Source: Giardia intestinalis
Taxonomy: Eukaryota
Assembly: GCA_000002435.2 (NCBI GenBank)
Contig: CM018793.1
Length of the DNA stretch: 64,000 nt
Direction: 5' to 3' (one strand)
In this document: piece after piece, positions 1 through 8,505 of the stretch
Numbering within the stretch: the first letter of the stretch is position 1
Layout of the letters: each line of letters begins with the position of its first letter
Made by a program: the position numbers and the translations under genes
Notes under the pieces: model-generated
The model's input: the letters and a program-made list of their open reading frames with translations, nothing else
What the model was told of the DNA's origin: nothing
The model's database searches: none

Positions 1-1805
1 AATGTTTTCCTGAAGTTGAGGTAGACACGTGGACTAAACTCTGTGAGCAGTGCCCGAAGGACACGGTCAAGGGCTGTTGCCTGGACGATCAGAGGTATTG
101 GGGTCTGATTTCTTGTGACGCGCTTAGCTACAGTAAGGTCGAAGCGCTTTTCTGACAAGATTCGAGTATGCTCTGACTTGAGGTCCTTGGCTTTAAGGAA
201 TGCTACCTCTGGGGTATAGAAAGCACAAGAGTGGTGGGCCACGAAGAGCACCGGAGGCACATACTGTGCTAAAAACAGTGGCGTAGGGCACTTCACCAAT
301 GCATAGATAAATGGGCCAGCAACCCTATCCTCCCCTGTCAGTGCATCACCACAGTAGCAGCACTGGAATTTCCTAGCGACAGCAATGTTACTGGTCCTCT
401 CCAATATGCGTTCCGCCAATTCTAACAGCTCATTAAGGGATCTGTCCGTGACCTTGCTATATGTGTATGTGCACGGAGCTGTGTAAAGCCACGGCTCCTG
501 TGTGACGACAGACTGCTCTGCGTCATATGACTTTCTCAAATCAAAGAACGAGACCGGACTGGGCTCTGAGTTCGGATCTTGTTCGTGAATAGTAACACTT
601 CCATCACGTCCGTGCTTCCATGAAGCTACATGCTCTCCGGTAGGTATTTTATAAATGTTTCCTTGAACATAGAGATACCTACACAGAGAGCACTCGATCG
701 GAGTAGCATATGTAACCTCAGCGTCATTGGGGGAAAGGTAGACATCCAGTGCACTCACAAAGTTGAATCCTGTTTGCATATCTATTGTAGCGATGTAATG
801 ATTTTCCTCTTGAATGTGTTCTGCTGTGACCAGTGTCCAGAGATCATACACATCAGAATCTATTTGGAACTCTTCAGCAAAGCTGGTTGAATCTGTGCTT
901 ACCAGCTGCTCGACCAAGGAGACAGGATAAACACAGGGCACAATATCTGAGGTACTGCGGGAATCGCTGAGGTACGTGAGTCCATATATGTATATCTTTT
1001 GATCTGTGGAATGGCCACCGGTGCCATTCGGGCCCATCTCCAAGATTCTGTCTATCCTCACGGGCTGCAAAGCTCCAGTTACTCTGCAGATATCGCCCAC
1101 TGAAAGCTCAACACCGTGGATATTATAGCATCTACTGTACTCATTGATGATAAAGTTCCCTAATGTATCACTTCCCTTGGTGCTATAGTTAGCCACACTT
1201 GGGGTTCTGCACGTGAAGGTATCCTTGGGATCTGGCTCTTCTAGCTTTTGATCGTAGTCGTGCAAGGTAAGGAAACGCCAGAGATCACGGAGACAAAGTA
1301 GGGTCGGTTCTCTTTGTAGTTTTAATGCCAAAGTTTTGAGATACCTGAGTGTGAAGCTATGGTTTATGCTGGTCAAAAACATTGGACTAAGAGGAACGCC
1401 CAATGTCCCACAGGGACTTGGGCTTTTATACGTTGGATGATAAATTAAAACATGTTGGCCGAAGACTTGCTCTGGACAAATTTCCCCTATATTCAGCAGA
1501 GATAGGAAAGAGATAACGGTTGGGGTTTGGGGTGCTCCAGTCAGAGAGTCCCGTGTGGCCAAAGATATGTCCTTTTCTGGTATTAAATGGTAGACGAGCC
1601 TTCCTTGGTCTTCGCTTCGCACGAGGCATGTAAGTTCATGGCTGTCACCGTAATAGCTTTCCCTGAGAGCTGGAGAAAGCTCTGTGATTGAGGCAATAAT
1701 CCCCATGTCCTGCACATCCGACAGAGTATAGTGCACCACGACGCCGGGGACAAAAGGCCGTACAGCGCGCACGTTCGTACTTATATTTGCTTCGTGCCCC
1801 TCCAT
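1..1805 (-). CDS. Conserved hypothetical protein, 3'-partial (continues past the left window edge). ATG at 1805..1803, and about 600 codons with no stop in this frame down to position 1.
   Basis: Manual minus-strand translation gives MEGHEANISTNVRAVRPFVPGVVVHYTLSDVQDMG… and, at the left edge, …QGNIYKIPTGEHVASWKHGRDG…RALLTEFSPRVYLNFRKT. Codons were spot-checked in three 60-nt blocks. The ORF is absent from the supplied track because it has no stop inside the window. It is divergent from the nucleoside hydrolase gene across an A-rich 116-bp spacer. Confidence 0.6.
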   Translation of the reverse strand, partial: MEGHEANISTNVRAVRPFVPGVVVHYTLSDVQDMGIIASITELSPALRESYYGDSHELTCLVRSEDQGRLVYHLIPEKDISLATRDSLTGAPQTPTVISFLSLLNIGEICPEQVFGQHVLIYHPTYKSPSPCGTLGVPLSPMFLTSINHSFTLRYLKTLALKLQREPTLLCLRDLWRFLTLHDYDQKLEEPDPKDTFTCRTPSVANYSTKGSDTLGNFIINEYSRCYNIHGVELSVGDICRVTGALQPVRIDRILEMGPNGTGGHSTDQKIYIYGLTYLSDSRSTSDIVPCVYPVSLVEQLVSTDSTSFAEEFQIDSDVYDLWTLVTAEHIQEENHYIATIDMQTGFNFVSALDVYLSPNDAEVTYATPIECSLCRYLYVQGNIYKIPTGEHVASWKHGRDGSVTIHEQDPNSEPSPVSFFDLRKSYDAEQSVVTQEPWLYTAPCTYTYSKVTDRSLNELLELAERILERTSNIAVARKFQCCYCGDALTGEDRVAGPFIYALVKCPTPLFLAQYVPPVLFVAHHSCAFYTPEVAFLKAKDLKSEHTRILSEKRFDLTVAKRVTRNQTPIPLIVQATALDRVLRALLTEFSPRVYLNFRKT

Positions 1806-1921
1806 GGCCTCGCACGCCTAACAGACTAGCAGGAATAGGCAAGGGGAGGGTTCGGATTGAAAAACAAAAAAAGCTGTCCAATTAATGATAAAAATAAAGG
1901 GTTTAAATAAGAAGTAAAAAG
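1806..1921. promoter_or_regulatory. Bidirectional A-rich promoter/initiator region between divergent genes (ATG at 1805 on the minus strand, ATG at 1922 on the plus strand).
   Basis: The 116-bp spacer contains aaaaacaaaaaaagctg…aaaaataaagggtttaaataagaagtaaaaagATG. Giardia promoters are short AT-rich elements next to the ATG. Confidence 0.4.
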
Positions 1922-3025
1922 ATGGCTGTCACAAAGCACGTCTGGTTGGACACCGATTGCGGCATCGACGACGCTCTGGCTCTGATGATCCTCGGACTCT
2001 CCACGACTGTCCAGCTCGTCGGGGTCTCGTGTACTTACGGCAACAACAAGCGCAGCGCCGTGGAGCGCAATGTTACACGAGTCCTGAACATCATAAGGGA
2101 GTCGTGCAGACAGCGTGGCGTGAAATTTACCATGCCAGTCCTGTGTAGGGGTCCTTTGGACTCGGCATCCGACTTGGCCTTTCTCAAGACTGGAAAAGGA
2201 GAGCGAGGCAAGTCGAATGATGAAAACTGGCATGGGAATGATGGTCTCGGTGATGCCGACTTCAGTATTCATATGAGTTCTGAGGAGAGGAGGATAATAG
2301 ACACCCCCATTCCGTTTTCTGACGAGGCTCCTTCTGTCCTCATCAAGAGGGCGTGCGTCACCGCCAAGCAGGCAACGGGGAAGAACCTCTCCGTAGTTGC
2401 TATTGGTCCCTTCACGAGTCTCATGAGCATCATCCATCTTCATGCCGAGATTGACCTCTACATCATGGGAGCTGGGTTCTATCCTGCTTTCAAGGCGTAT
2501 TCGCAAAATAAATTCACAGCTGGGAAGATAAAGCAATACGAAGACAGTGGGATGACGGGGCTTCTCCAGGGCAACATGCCTGAATGCGGTATGCCTCACG
2601 CGGAGCACAACATTGGGTGCGACCCCGTGGCGGCCCAGGTGATGTTCAACAGCTTCGATAACATTCGCGTCGTTGATTGGACACTCACTCTTGTGGCCTC
2701 CGTCAGCATAGCGGAGATGGACGAGCTCAATTCGAAGTCTCTCGTCGGGCGCTTCCACCGATCCATCTCAAAGCACATGGAGGACATGACTCGCAAGCAC
2801 GGAGGCGACTACTTCGCCCTCTGTGACCCACTTGCCGCAATGGTCTGCTGTAACGAGGCAATCATCGAAGAAGAGATGCGCGGGTCTGTGGAGGTCGTCC
2901 TGGAAGACACGCCTCACTTCGGGGAAACCGTCTTTCGCAAGAATGACAAGGGCAATACAAGGGCTATCTTTGCCGTCAGCAGAGACGCAGTCATGGAGAC
3001 CCTTCGCTACACCCTAACGAAATAG
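1922..3025 (+). CDS. Inosine-uridine preferring nucleoside hydrolase (IUNH family).
   Basis: N-terminal WLDTDCGIDDALAL matches the nucleoside hydrolase fingerprint DxDxxxDD. The 367-aa ORF has ATG at 1922 with an A-rich upstream context. Confidence 0.88.
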   Translation: MAVTKHVWLDTDCGIDDALALMILGLSTTVQLVGVSCTYGNNKRSAVERNVTRVLNIIRESCRQRGVKFTMPVLCRGPLDSASDLAFLKTGKGERGKSNDENWHGNDGLGDADFSIHMSSEERRIIDTPIPFSDEAPSVLIKRACVTAKQATGKNLSVVAIGPFTSLMSIIHLHAEIDLYIMGAGFYPAFKAYSQNKFTAGKIKQYEDSGMTGLLQGNMPECGMPHAEHNIGCDPVAAQVMFNSFDNIRVVDWTLTLVASVSIAEMDELNSKSLVGRFHRSISKHMEDMTRKHGGDYFALCDPLAAMVCCNEAIIEEEMRGSVEVVLEDTPHFGETVFRKNDKGNTRAIFAVSRDAVMETLRYTLTK

Positions 3026-3133
3026 TGAATTCGCGTTGTTCACTCTGTATTTCTTCTCTGCTCAGTTGTAGCAACCATAGTGGCTGTGACAACGTGCTCT
3101 GCTAGAGATCCAGGTAAGAGAGATTTTAAAAAA

Positions 3134-3841
3134 ATGAGCTCAACCCTTAGGGAGTCCCTTGTCCGTTATGACCCACCTATGCAGGCAACAGCTGCAAAGG
3201 AGAAACAAAAGAAGGCAAAGGCATCCCAGGCCACTAACCAGGGCACAAAAGGGACTCTTCAGACAGAGGACATCCTGAACTCTATCCTCCCCCCGAGGAC
3301 CTTCGAGCAAGACGGAGAACAGTGGGTCCAGTTTGTGTCCAGCACCCCAGCTACACGGCTTGATGTCCTCAACCTACAAGAGAAACTGGATCAGCAGTTA
3401 AAGGTTCGCCAGGCTCGTGAGATGGGCTTGTGTCCGATCAGAGAAGACATATACAGCCAATGCTTCGATGAGTTGATTCGTCACGTCGCCATTAACTGCG
3501 CTGAGCGTGGCGTGCTACTGACCCGCGTCCGTGACGAGCTACGCATGACTATTGCAGCATATCAGACACTATATGAATCGGCAGTGTCGTTCGGGATCAG
3601 AAAAACGTTACTGGCCGAGCAAGGAAAAGCAGAGATGAAAGCAAAGATTGAAGAACTAGAGTCAGAAAACGAAAGGCTCAAGAGGCAACTGGCAGAGCAT
3701 AAGGCAAGGCTGGACGCTGCCGAGAGGACAGAAGCCGAAAGGCGTGCTTTAGATGAAAAGAGGCATGCAGAGGAAGTTGTTTTCCTAAAGAAGCAAGTAG
3801 TCCAGCTGAAGTCCCAGCTGGAGAACATTCTATCAGTGTGA
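3134..3841 (+). CDS. DNALI1: Axonemal inner-arm dynein light chain p28 (DNALI1 / Chlamydomonas p28-like).
   Basis: ILNSILPPR…WVQFVSSTPATRLDVLNLQEKLDQQLKVRQAREMGLCPIREDIYSQCFDELIRHVAINCAERGVLLTRVRDELRMTIAAYQTLYESAVSFGIRK is the conserved p28 core, and the C-terminus is coiled-coil. The track ORF starts at a GTG (3080); the first ATG is 3134, in the context aaaaaaATG. Confidence 0.85.
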   Translation: MSSTLRESLVRYDPPMQATAAKEKQKKAKASQATNQGTKGTLQTEDILNSILPPRTFEQDGEQWVQFVSSTPATRLDVLNLQEKLDQQLKVRQAREMGLCPIREDIYSQCFDELIRHVAINCAERGVLLTRVRDELRMTIAAYQTLYESAVSFGIRKTLLAEQGKAEMKAKIEELESENERLKRQLAEHKARLDAAERTEAERRALDEKRHAEEVVFLKKQVVQLKSQLENILSV

Positions 3842-3909
3842 GGTAGGTGTGTGTAAATGGAAGCATGATAAAAGATCATTGATGAATAGTAAGAATACAG
3901 GGACAGGCA

Positions 3910-4938
3910 TCATAGCTTCAGGCTGAGCAGAGAGAGGAACCTATAAAGCCAGGGGTTCCCGATGCAACCGGCATTTCGCAGGCTGTTGATGAGCCGCGCC
4001 TGAGCTGTATTGACAACTCCTCGGGGAAGAAGAGAAGAAGGACATATAAGGGTGGGAGAGCGATTGTTGAATACGCTGCTGGAACAAATCTGGTGCTGCT
4101 CGATAATGGTATCTGACATGGTGTGCACAAGTACATGGTCTGGAGCACTGTGAAAGAGAACGTCGTGCTGGTCCCCTTCGACGGAAACATACTGCAGTGT
4201 GATAAAGGTGTGCTTTTGAAGGGGAGTCTGCAGAGAAGAGAGCAGAAGAGACATAATGACTCCATTCATTAGGATGTCTGCCACGGTCTTGTGCTGGACT
4301 AAGTTGTAGCTGCTACTGGACGAGTCTGAGGCTGCCGTGTCTTCATCCCCACGACCTTCATTCAGCTGACACGAGAATGCTAGCCTGTAGTAAACGAAAT
4401 AGGGGTCCAGACTAACGATGTAAGTCACTGGGTCCTGGAGTTTATCTGGTATCTGAATCATGGCCAAAGTGCTGCACTCGTAAGCACACAAGGTGGCACT
4501 TTTGACTTGGAGCTTATCATCAATTACAGCCTTGGCCACAGGAGTGAATCTGTATACCTCCCGCAGAAGATTGGCCCCTGAAAGCCTGAGCATGTGGAGG
4601 AAGTTAGAGTAGTTCCTGGTTACTTCTATGAACCCTGAGGGCGAGAGCGAGAATAGCCGTTTGCAGCTACTACTATAGAGAAAGTGCACAGCGCTGGTTT
4701 TGCTTCCCTGCTTATCTGCAGCCTCCTGGTCTGGATCCCCTGCATTAATTAAGTAACTGAACAGGTAAAAGGAAAGGTTACACTGAGCTCCTTCGTAATA
4801 TATGGCCAAATCCTCAGTGTTGATGCTTCTGAAGATCATGGTCACCACACGTCGAGCTTCTGTTAAAGGGATTTCAAGGTCCTCAAGAGTATCGGCCTCC
4901 TGGTTGTACACCTTTGGAACATAAAAAAGCTGAGCCAT
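3910..4938 (-). CDS. Hypothetical protein (343 aa from MAQLFYVPKVYNQ…).
   Basis: Long minus-strand ORF. The ORF has an earlier ATG at 5172, but starting there would overlap the plus-strand gene at 4987 by 185 bp. The start chosen is the internal ATG at 4938 (ttttaatttgtcc…ATG). No recognisable domain. Confidence 0.5.
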   Translation of the reverse strand: MAQLFYVPKVYNQEADTLEDLEIPLTEARRVVTMIFRSINTEDLAIYYEGAQCNLSFYLFSYLINAGDPDQEAADKQGSKTSAVHFLYSSSCKRLFSLSPSGFIEVTRNYSNFLHMLRLSGANLLREVYRFTPVAKAVIDDKLQVKSATLCAYECSTLAMIQIPDKLQDPVTYIVSLDPYFVYYRLAFSCQLNEGRGDEDTAASDSSSSSYNLVQHKTVADILMNGVIMSLLLSSLQTPLQKHTFITLQYVSVEGDQHDVLFHSAPDHVLVHTMSDTIIEQHQICSSSVFNNRSPTLICPSSLLPRGVVNTAQARLINSLRNAGCIGNPWLYRFLSLLSLKL

Positions 4939-4986
4939 GGAGGACCCGAGCAGCTGTGGACAAATTAAAAGAGCAAAATTCAAAAA

Positions 4987-5502
4987 ATGAAACCTACATG
5001 GTCCACTGCATGCACGGCTCCGAGACAGAGCATAATGAACCGCCCCATTAAGGAGCCGTCCAAGTCCAATATGGAGTCTATGGAGCGCCAGTACACGGCT
5101 GAGGATGCAGCTCTGCGTCGTCGACGAGAGCAATACATGCAGCAGGAAGCGGAGAGGCTTCGAGCCATCCATGGCACACGCGAGGAAAAGAGGGAGATCG
5201 CTCAGAAATTGGCGTCTGAGCTCGATACTCTCATTTCAGAGCGGAAGGCGCAGGAATCTCTGGAGGCACAGGAGAACCGTAGGCACGCCCTGGAGGTCCT
5301 GGAGCGGATCAAGTATGAGGAGATGCTTGAGCAGGAGCAGAAAGAAGCCCGTAGAGCATACGAGGAGTATGTCGCAGAGCAAAACAGACGTGCGATAGCA
5401 GAACGTAGGGACGCGCAGGAAAGGGCGCGCCACGAAGAGGTGGCCGAGGAGAAGATGCAGCCAAGCTTCTTTGCCAACCATTTCATGAAGTCCACACGGT
5501 AG
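4987..5502 (+). CDS. Hypothetical highly charged coiled-coil protein (171 aa).
   Basis: ATG in the context caaaaaATG. E/R/K/Q-rich heptad-like sequence (…LRRRREQYMQQEAERLRAIHGTREEKREIAQKLASELDTL…). Confidence 0.55.
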   Translation: MKPTWSTACTAPRQSIMNRPIKEPSKSNMESMERQYTAEDAALRRRREQYMQQEAERLRAIHGTREEKREIAQKLASELDTLISERKAQESLEAQENRRHALEVLERIKYEEMLEQEQKEARRAYEEYVAEQNRRAIAERRDAQERARHEEVAEEKMQPSFFANHFMKSTR

Positions 5503-5711
5503 GTCAGAGTCCACTTATGTCATCATTCCCCTTTGGAATAAGAGTGTGGAGAGAGGGCAAAGTTATGCTCAACTTTGTATGCACAACTCTCCAGCGTGTT
5601 CATGTAAACCATGCGCGGCGTTCTACTTTCTCCAAAACGAAACGCCGCTGCACTCCTCTAATGTTGAGCTTTTGTTTCATAATTAGGAACGCTGTAAGAA
5701 GGGCAAAAAAT

Positions 5712-6728
5712 ATGTCCCGGAAGAAGATTGGCCCGTATGAGGTCACCGGCGTCCTGGGGAGGGGAACGTATGCGACCGTAAAGTTGGCGACAGACTCACG
5801 TACGAAGGAGGAGGTTGCCATAAAGATAATAACAAAGTCTGGCCAACTTACTAAGAAGCAGCTCAAGCACATACGAACAGAGATCGTCGTCCTTCGTCTG
5901 GTCTCGCATCCCAACATAGTCAAGCTGAAAGAGATCTTAGCCAGCAAGAACAAGATCTATATAGTCATGGAGTACCTGGAGGGCGGAGACATCCTGACTG
6001 CTCTCAGAGAGAACGATTTCACCATAGAGCAGGTTCGCCGCTACTTCATTCAGATCTGCTCCGCTCTGGAGTACTGCCAGAAGCTCCACATATCCCACAG
6101 AGACATCAAGGCGGAGAATCTCCTGCTGAGAAAGGGCCGCCAATCGGTCGTCATCACAGACTTTGGGCTTTCTGCCCTCACTGAAGATGCTGAGGACGAC
6201 GACGGGCAAGGAGGGGGCGAGCAGAAGGCCCCCGGTACAAGGGGCAGCAAGCTTCTGACAACCGCCTGTGGGTCTCCTCACTATGTTTCTCCAGAGGTGG
6301 TGTCGAAGACGAATGTGGGCTACTTCGGAGAAAAGGCAGACATTTGGTCTGTCGGCGTTCTTCTCTACCTCATGCTCGGCCGCACGCTTCCGTTCCAGGC
6401 CAATACACTAGAGGCTCTTTTCGAGCGCATCCGTACCGGACAATTCTCGTTCCCCGAGGACCGCGTGAAGAAGGGCTACTTCACCAAGGAGTCAATGGGG
6501 CTGATCATATCCATGCTCAACATAGATCCTGCAAAGCGCCCTTCGTTCACTCAAATTTTGGAAAGCGACTATGTGATGCAGGACAAGGAGTACCTTGATT
6601 CGTACCGCGAAGAGTGCAAGCAGATTTACGGCGAGAAGCAAGACGAGATCTTTAAGAAGGCTCAGCGCATCATGAGCGGGGAGGAAAAGATAGAGGAAAA
6701 CAACGAATTCAACGAGGAGGTCGAGTAA
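5712..6728 (+). CDS. Ser/Thr protein kinase, CAMKL/AMPK-like catalytic domain.
   Basis: Gly loop LGRGTYATV, the VAIK lysine, HRDIKAENLLL, DFG, and GSPHYVSPE (the APE motif). An acidic Gly-rich insert lies in the activation segment. An ATG also exists at 5517, but the ATG at 5712 has the classic context gggcaaaaaatATG and sits 6 residues before the Gly loop. Confidence 0.8.
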   Translation: MSRKKIGPYEVTGVLGRGTYATVKLATDSRTKEEVAIKIITKSGQLTKKQLKHIRTEIVVLRLVSHPNIVKLKEILASKNKIYIVMEYLEGGDILTALRENDFTIEQVRRYFIQICSALEYCQKLHISHRDIKAENLLLRKGRQSVVITDFGLSALTEDAEDDDGQGGGEQKAPGTRGSKLLTTACGSPHYVSPEVVSKTNVGYFGEKADIWSVGVLLYLMLGRTLPFQANTLEALFERIRTGQFSFPEDRVKKGYFTKESMGLIISMLNIDPAKRPSFTQILESDYVMQDKEYLDSYREECKQIYGEKQDEIFKKAQRIMSGEEKIEENNEFNEEVE

Positions 6729-6788
6729 AAGTTCCCTGCTTAAAACAATTTAAATTTCACTTTTTAACCCTTCAAAAGGGCGTGCCCG

Positions 6789-7097
6789 ATGGTCACGACA
6801 AATCAGTGCAGCTACTCGGGCAGGAAGATCCTCCCTGGGTACGGCAAGCGCATGAGCCGCCACGACAAGGTCCTCCTTATTTTCCTCAACAGAAAGGCCT
6901 CTGTGCACTACTTAAACAAGTGGAATCCTCGCAAGATCCGCTGGACTCTTGCATCTCGTAGAGCGCGCGGAAAGGAGGTGATCGTCAAGGCCCGCGAGCG
7001 CGTAACCAGGAAGGCAGTGGTCAGCAAGCGCAACTTCCTCAGCATTGATGACTCCAAGCTGGAGGCTCTTAAGAGCAAGTACTCCAGGGTCAACTAA
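6789..7097 (+). CDS. RPL24: 60S ribosomal protein L24e (eL24).
   Basis: QCSYSGRKILPGYGKRMSRHDKVLLIFLNRKASVHYLNKWNPRKIRWT matches the eL24 signature (C.FSG.KIYPG.G…F.F…K…NPRK..WT). Confidence 0.85.
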   Translation: MVTTNQCSYSGRKILPGYGKRMSRHDKVLLIFLNRKASVHYLNKWNPRKIRWTLASRRARGKEVIVKARERVTRKAVVSKRNFLSIDDSKLEALKSKYSRVN

Positions 7098-7178
7098 GCG
7101 CCATGAGTAAACGGTAGACAGCTAGTCAAATGGGCAATTGAGCACGTGGGCTGTCAAGTAGCTCGACAGGGTCTTGGT

Positions 7179-7985
7179 CTACGTGAGTATTGTGAAGACG
7201 GGGTATTGCATGAGGAAGTGGTGGGCCAGGAGTTTCCTAAGTGGTGTGAGATAGCAAGATGGAGGGATGCGGAGAGACGCGCGCAAAAGCTCTGTAGGTC
7301 GAGTAGCCTCAGAAGACAGTCGTTCATCCTCAAGAAAGATTGCAGGGTTGTCTGTTGAATCCAGAATGGAGCAAGGGGTGGAGAGAATCGCCTCGAGAAT
7401 CTTTTGAATGGTGTCTGTCTCTGGGATGGCGGGTAGCATCCTATCTATGAGCAGACTTGTCTCTGAATTGACAAGGCGTACCCTGAGAGGCCATTTGAGG
7501 AGGTCTGCGCGGAGATCGTAGGTAGGGACATACCGTCGCCTGGCAGATGCAGGTGGTGCCATGCACAGGAACGTCTCGCGCTGCAAACACGCTTGCATTA
7601 TAGCGCGTTGCGTCTCAGTAAAATAGGGCAAATCTATGTACTCTTTGTAGCGTGCCTGAAGGGTAGCGAGGCTTTGCCTGCCTGACGTCCAGAGCGCGAA
7701 AGGCGGATCCATGGCATCATCAGAAGCACGGGATTCCGGTGCATGGATAATCTTTCGCTGAAGGAAAGCTATATCCCGGTAGAAGGCATTCTCGTCATAC
7801 TCTGTTAAGGGGATATAGGCGGTTGGAAGGTCTGCCTTTCCACTGCACCCGGTGACTTCCTTGTGTGTCGTGAAGCATGCTAGTGAGCATGTCATGAGCT
7901 GGCATGAGGGGCAGCGATAGCGAGCAGGTTGCTGGCATGCACTGCATGACTCCATCAAGAATCCAAAAAATAGTGGCGATACCAT
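7179..7985 (-). CDS. zf-HIT zinc-finger protein (BCD1/ZNHIT-like).
   Basis: CSACQQPARYRCPSCQLMTCSLACFTTHKE is a HIT-type Cys/His finger near the N-terminus. The track start at 8150 is TTG; the first ATG is 7985. Confidence 0.6.
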   Translation of the reverse strand: MVSPLFFGFLMESCSACQQPARYRCPSCQLMTCSLACFTTHKEVTGCSGKADLPTAYIPLTEYDENAFYRDIAFLQRKIIHAPESRASDDAMDPPFALWTSGRQSLATLQARYKEYIDLPYFTETQRAIMQACLQRETFLCMAPPASARRRYVPTYDLRADLLKWPLRVRLVNSETSLLIDRMLPAIPETDTIQKILEAILSTPCSILDSTDNPAIFLEDERLSSEATRPTELLRASLRIPPSCYLTPLRKLLAHHFLMQYPVFTILT

Positions 7986-8307
7986 GTGTCCAGATTCGCT
8001 TGGCGAGCCCAATCCCCGAGAGCAGTATACGAATAGGCTAGAACTAGATGTTTCTATTGCACAAAATGAGCTGGAGATGATGCGGTTTGGGCTGCAGCGA
8101 CTAGAAGAAAGTCGACGTGCAAAGATTGAAAAGCTGGCAGAGTTGCGCAACTATTATCAGTCACTCAAGCAAGAAAGTGCCATAAGGACCGCTGCAGCAA
8201 AGGAGAGGCAATATCCACTACTCTGGCTGTGCACGGGATTGTCTGTCGGCGTCCTCTTTCTGCTGGGCAAAGCACTCCTGCTTAATACATATCATTCCTC
8301 TTGCTAA
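7984..8307 (+). CDS. Small coiled-coil protein with a C-terminal transmembrane anchor (tail-anchored; SNARE-like topology, family not assignable).
   Basis: 107 aa: a coiled-coil segment followed by LLWLCTGLSVGVLFLLGKALLL at the C-terminus. Its ATG at 7984 overlaps the ATG of the divergent zf-HIT gene inside a CATG palindrome. Confidence 0.4.
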   Translation: MCPDSLGEPNPREQYTNRLELDVSIAQNELEMMRFGLQRLEESRRAKIEKLAELRNYYQSLKQESAIRTAAAKERQYPLLWLCTGLSVGVLFLLGKALLLNTYHSSC

Positions 8308-8505
8308 TCTCCTCCTTTATACTCCAAGATTGTGTAGAGCTGGTAAATCGAATACCTTGTTCTAAGCTGCCCGACAAAACTTTTCACTGTTGTTTCATTT
8401 AGTTTTGAACTCACTGGAACGCTCAGAGTTTTTACGCAACAGGTAAGTAAACTCCCAGAGCCCACGGACAGAGATTAGCTTGCTACTGCATCATTCCACT
8501 CTTCT

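Noticed and set aside
1840-1870. tRNA-like T-arm string (GGTTCGGATTG) in the 1806–1921 spacer
   Set aside because: There is no acceptor-stem pairing, D-arm or anticodon-arm structure around it. It is just part of the A-rich bidirectional promoter.
1826-2758. 310-aa minus-strand ORF
   Set aside because: It lies entirely antisense to the well-supported nucleoside hydrolase gene. It has no domain, and the true minus-strand gene starts at 1805.
5517-5711. N-terminal extension of the kinase ORF from the ATG at 5517
   Set aside because: The extra 65 residues (MSSFPFGIRVWREGKVMLNF…) are non-kinase and low-quality, and the ATG lacks an A-rich context. The ATG at 5712 has a textbook Giardia initiator and sits just before the Gly loop. 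I kept 5517 as an alternative.
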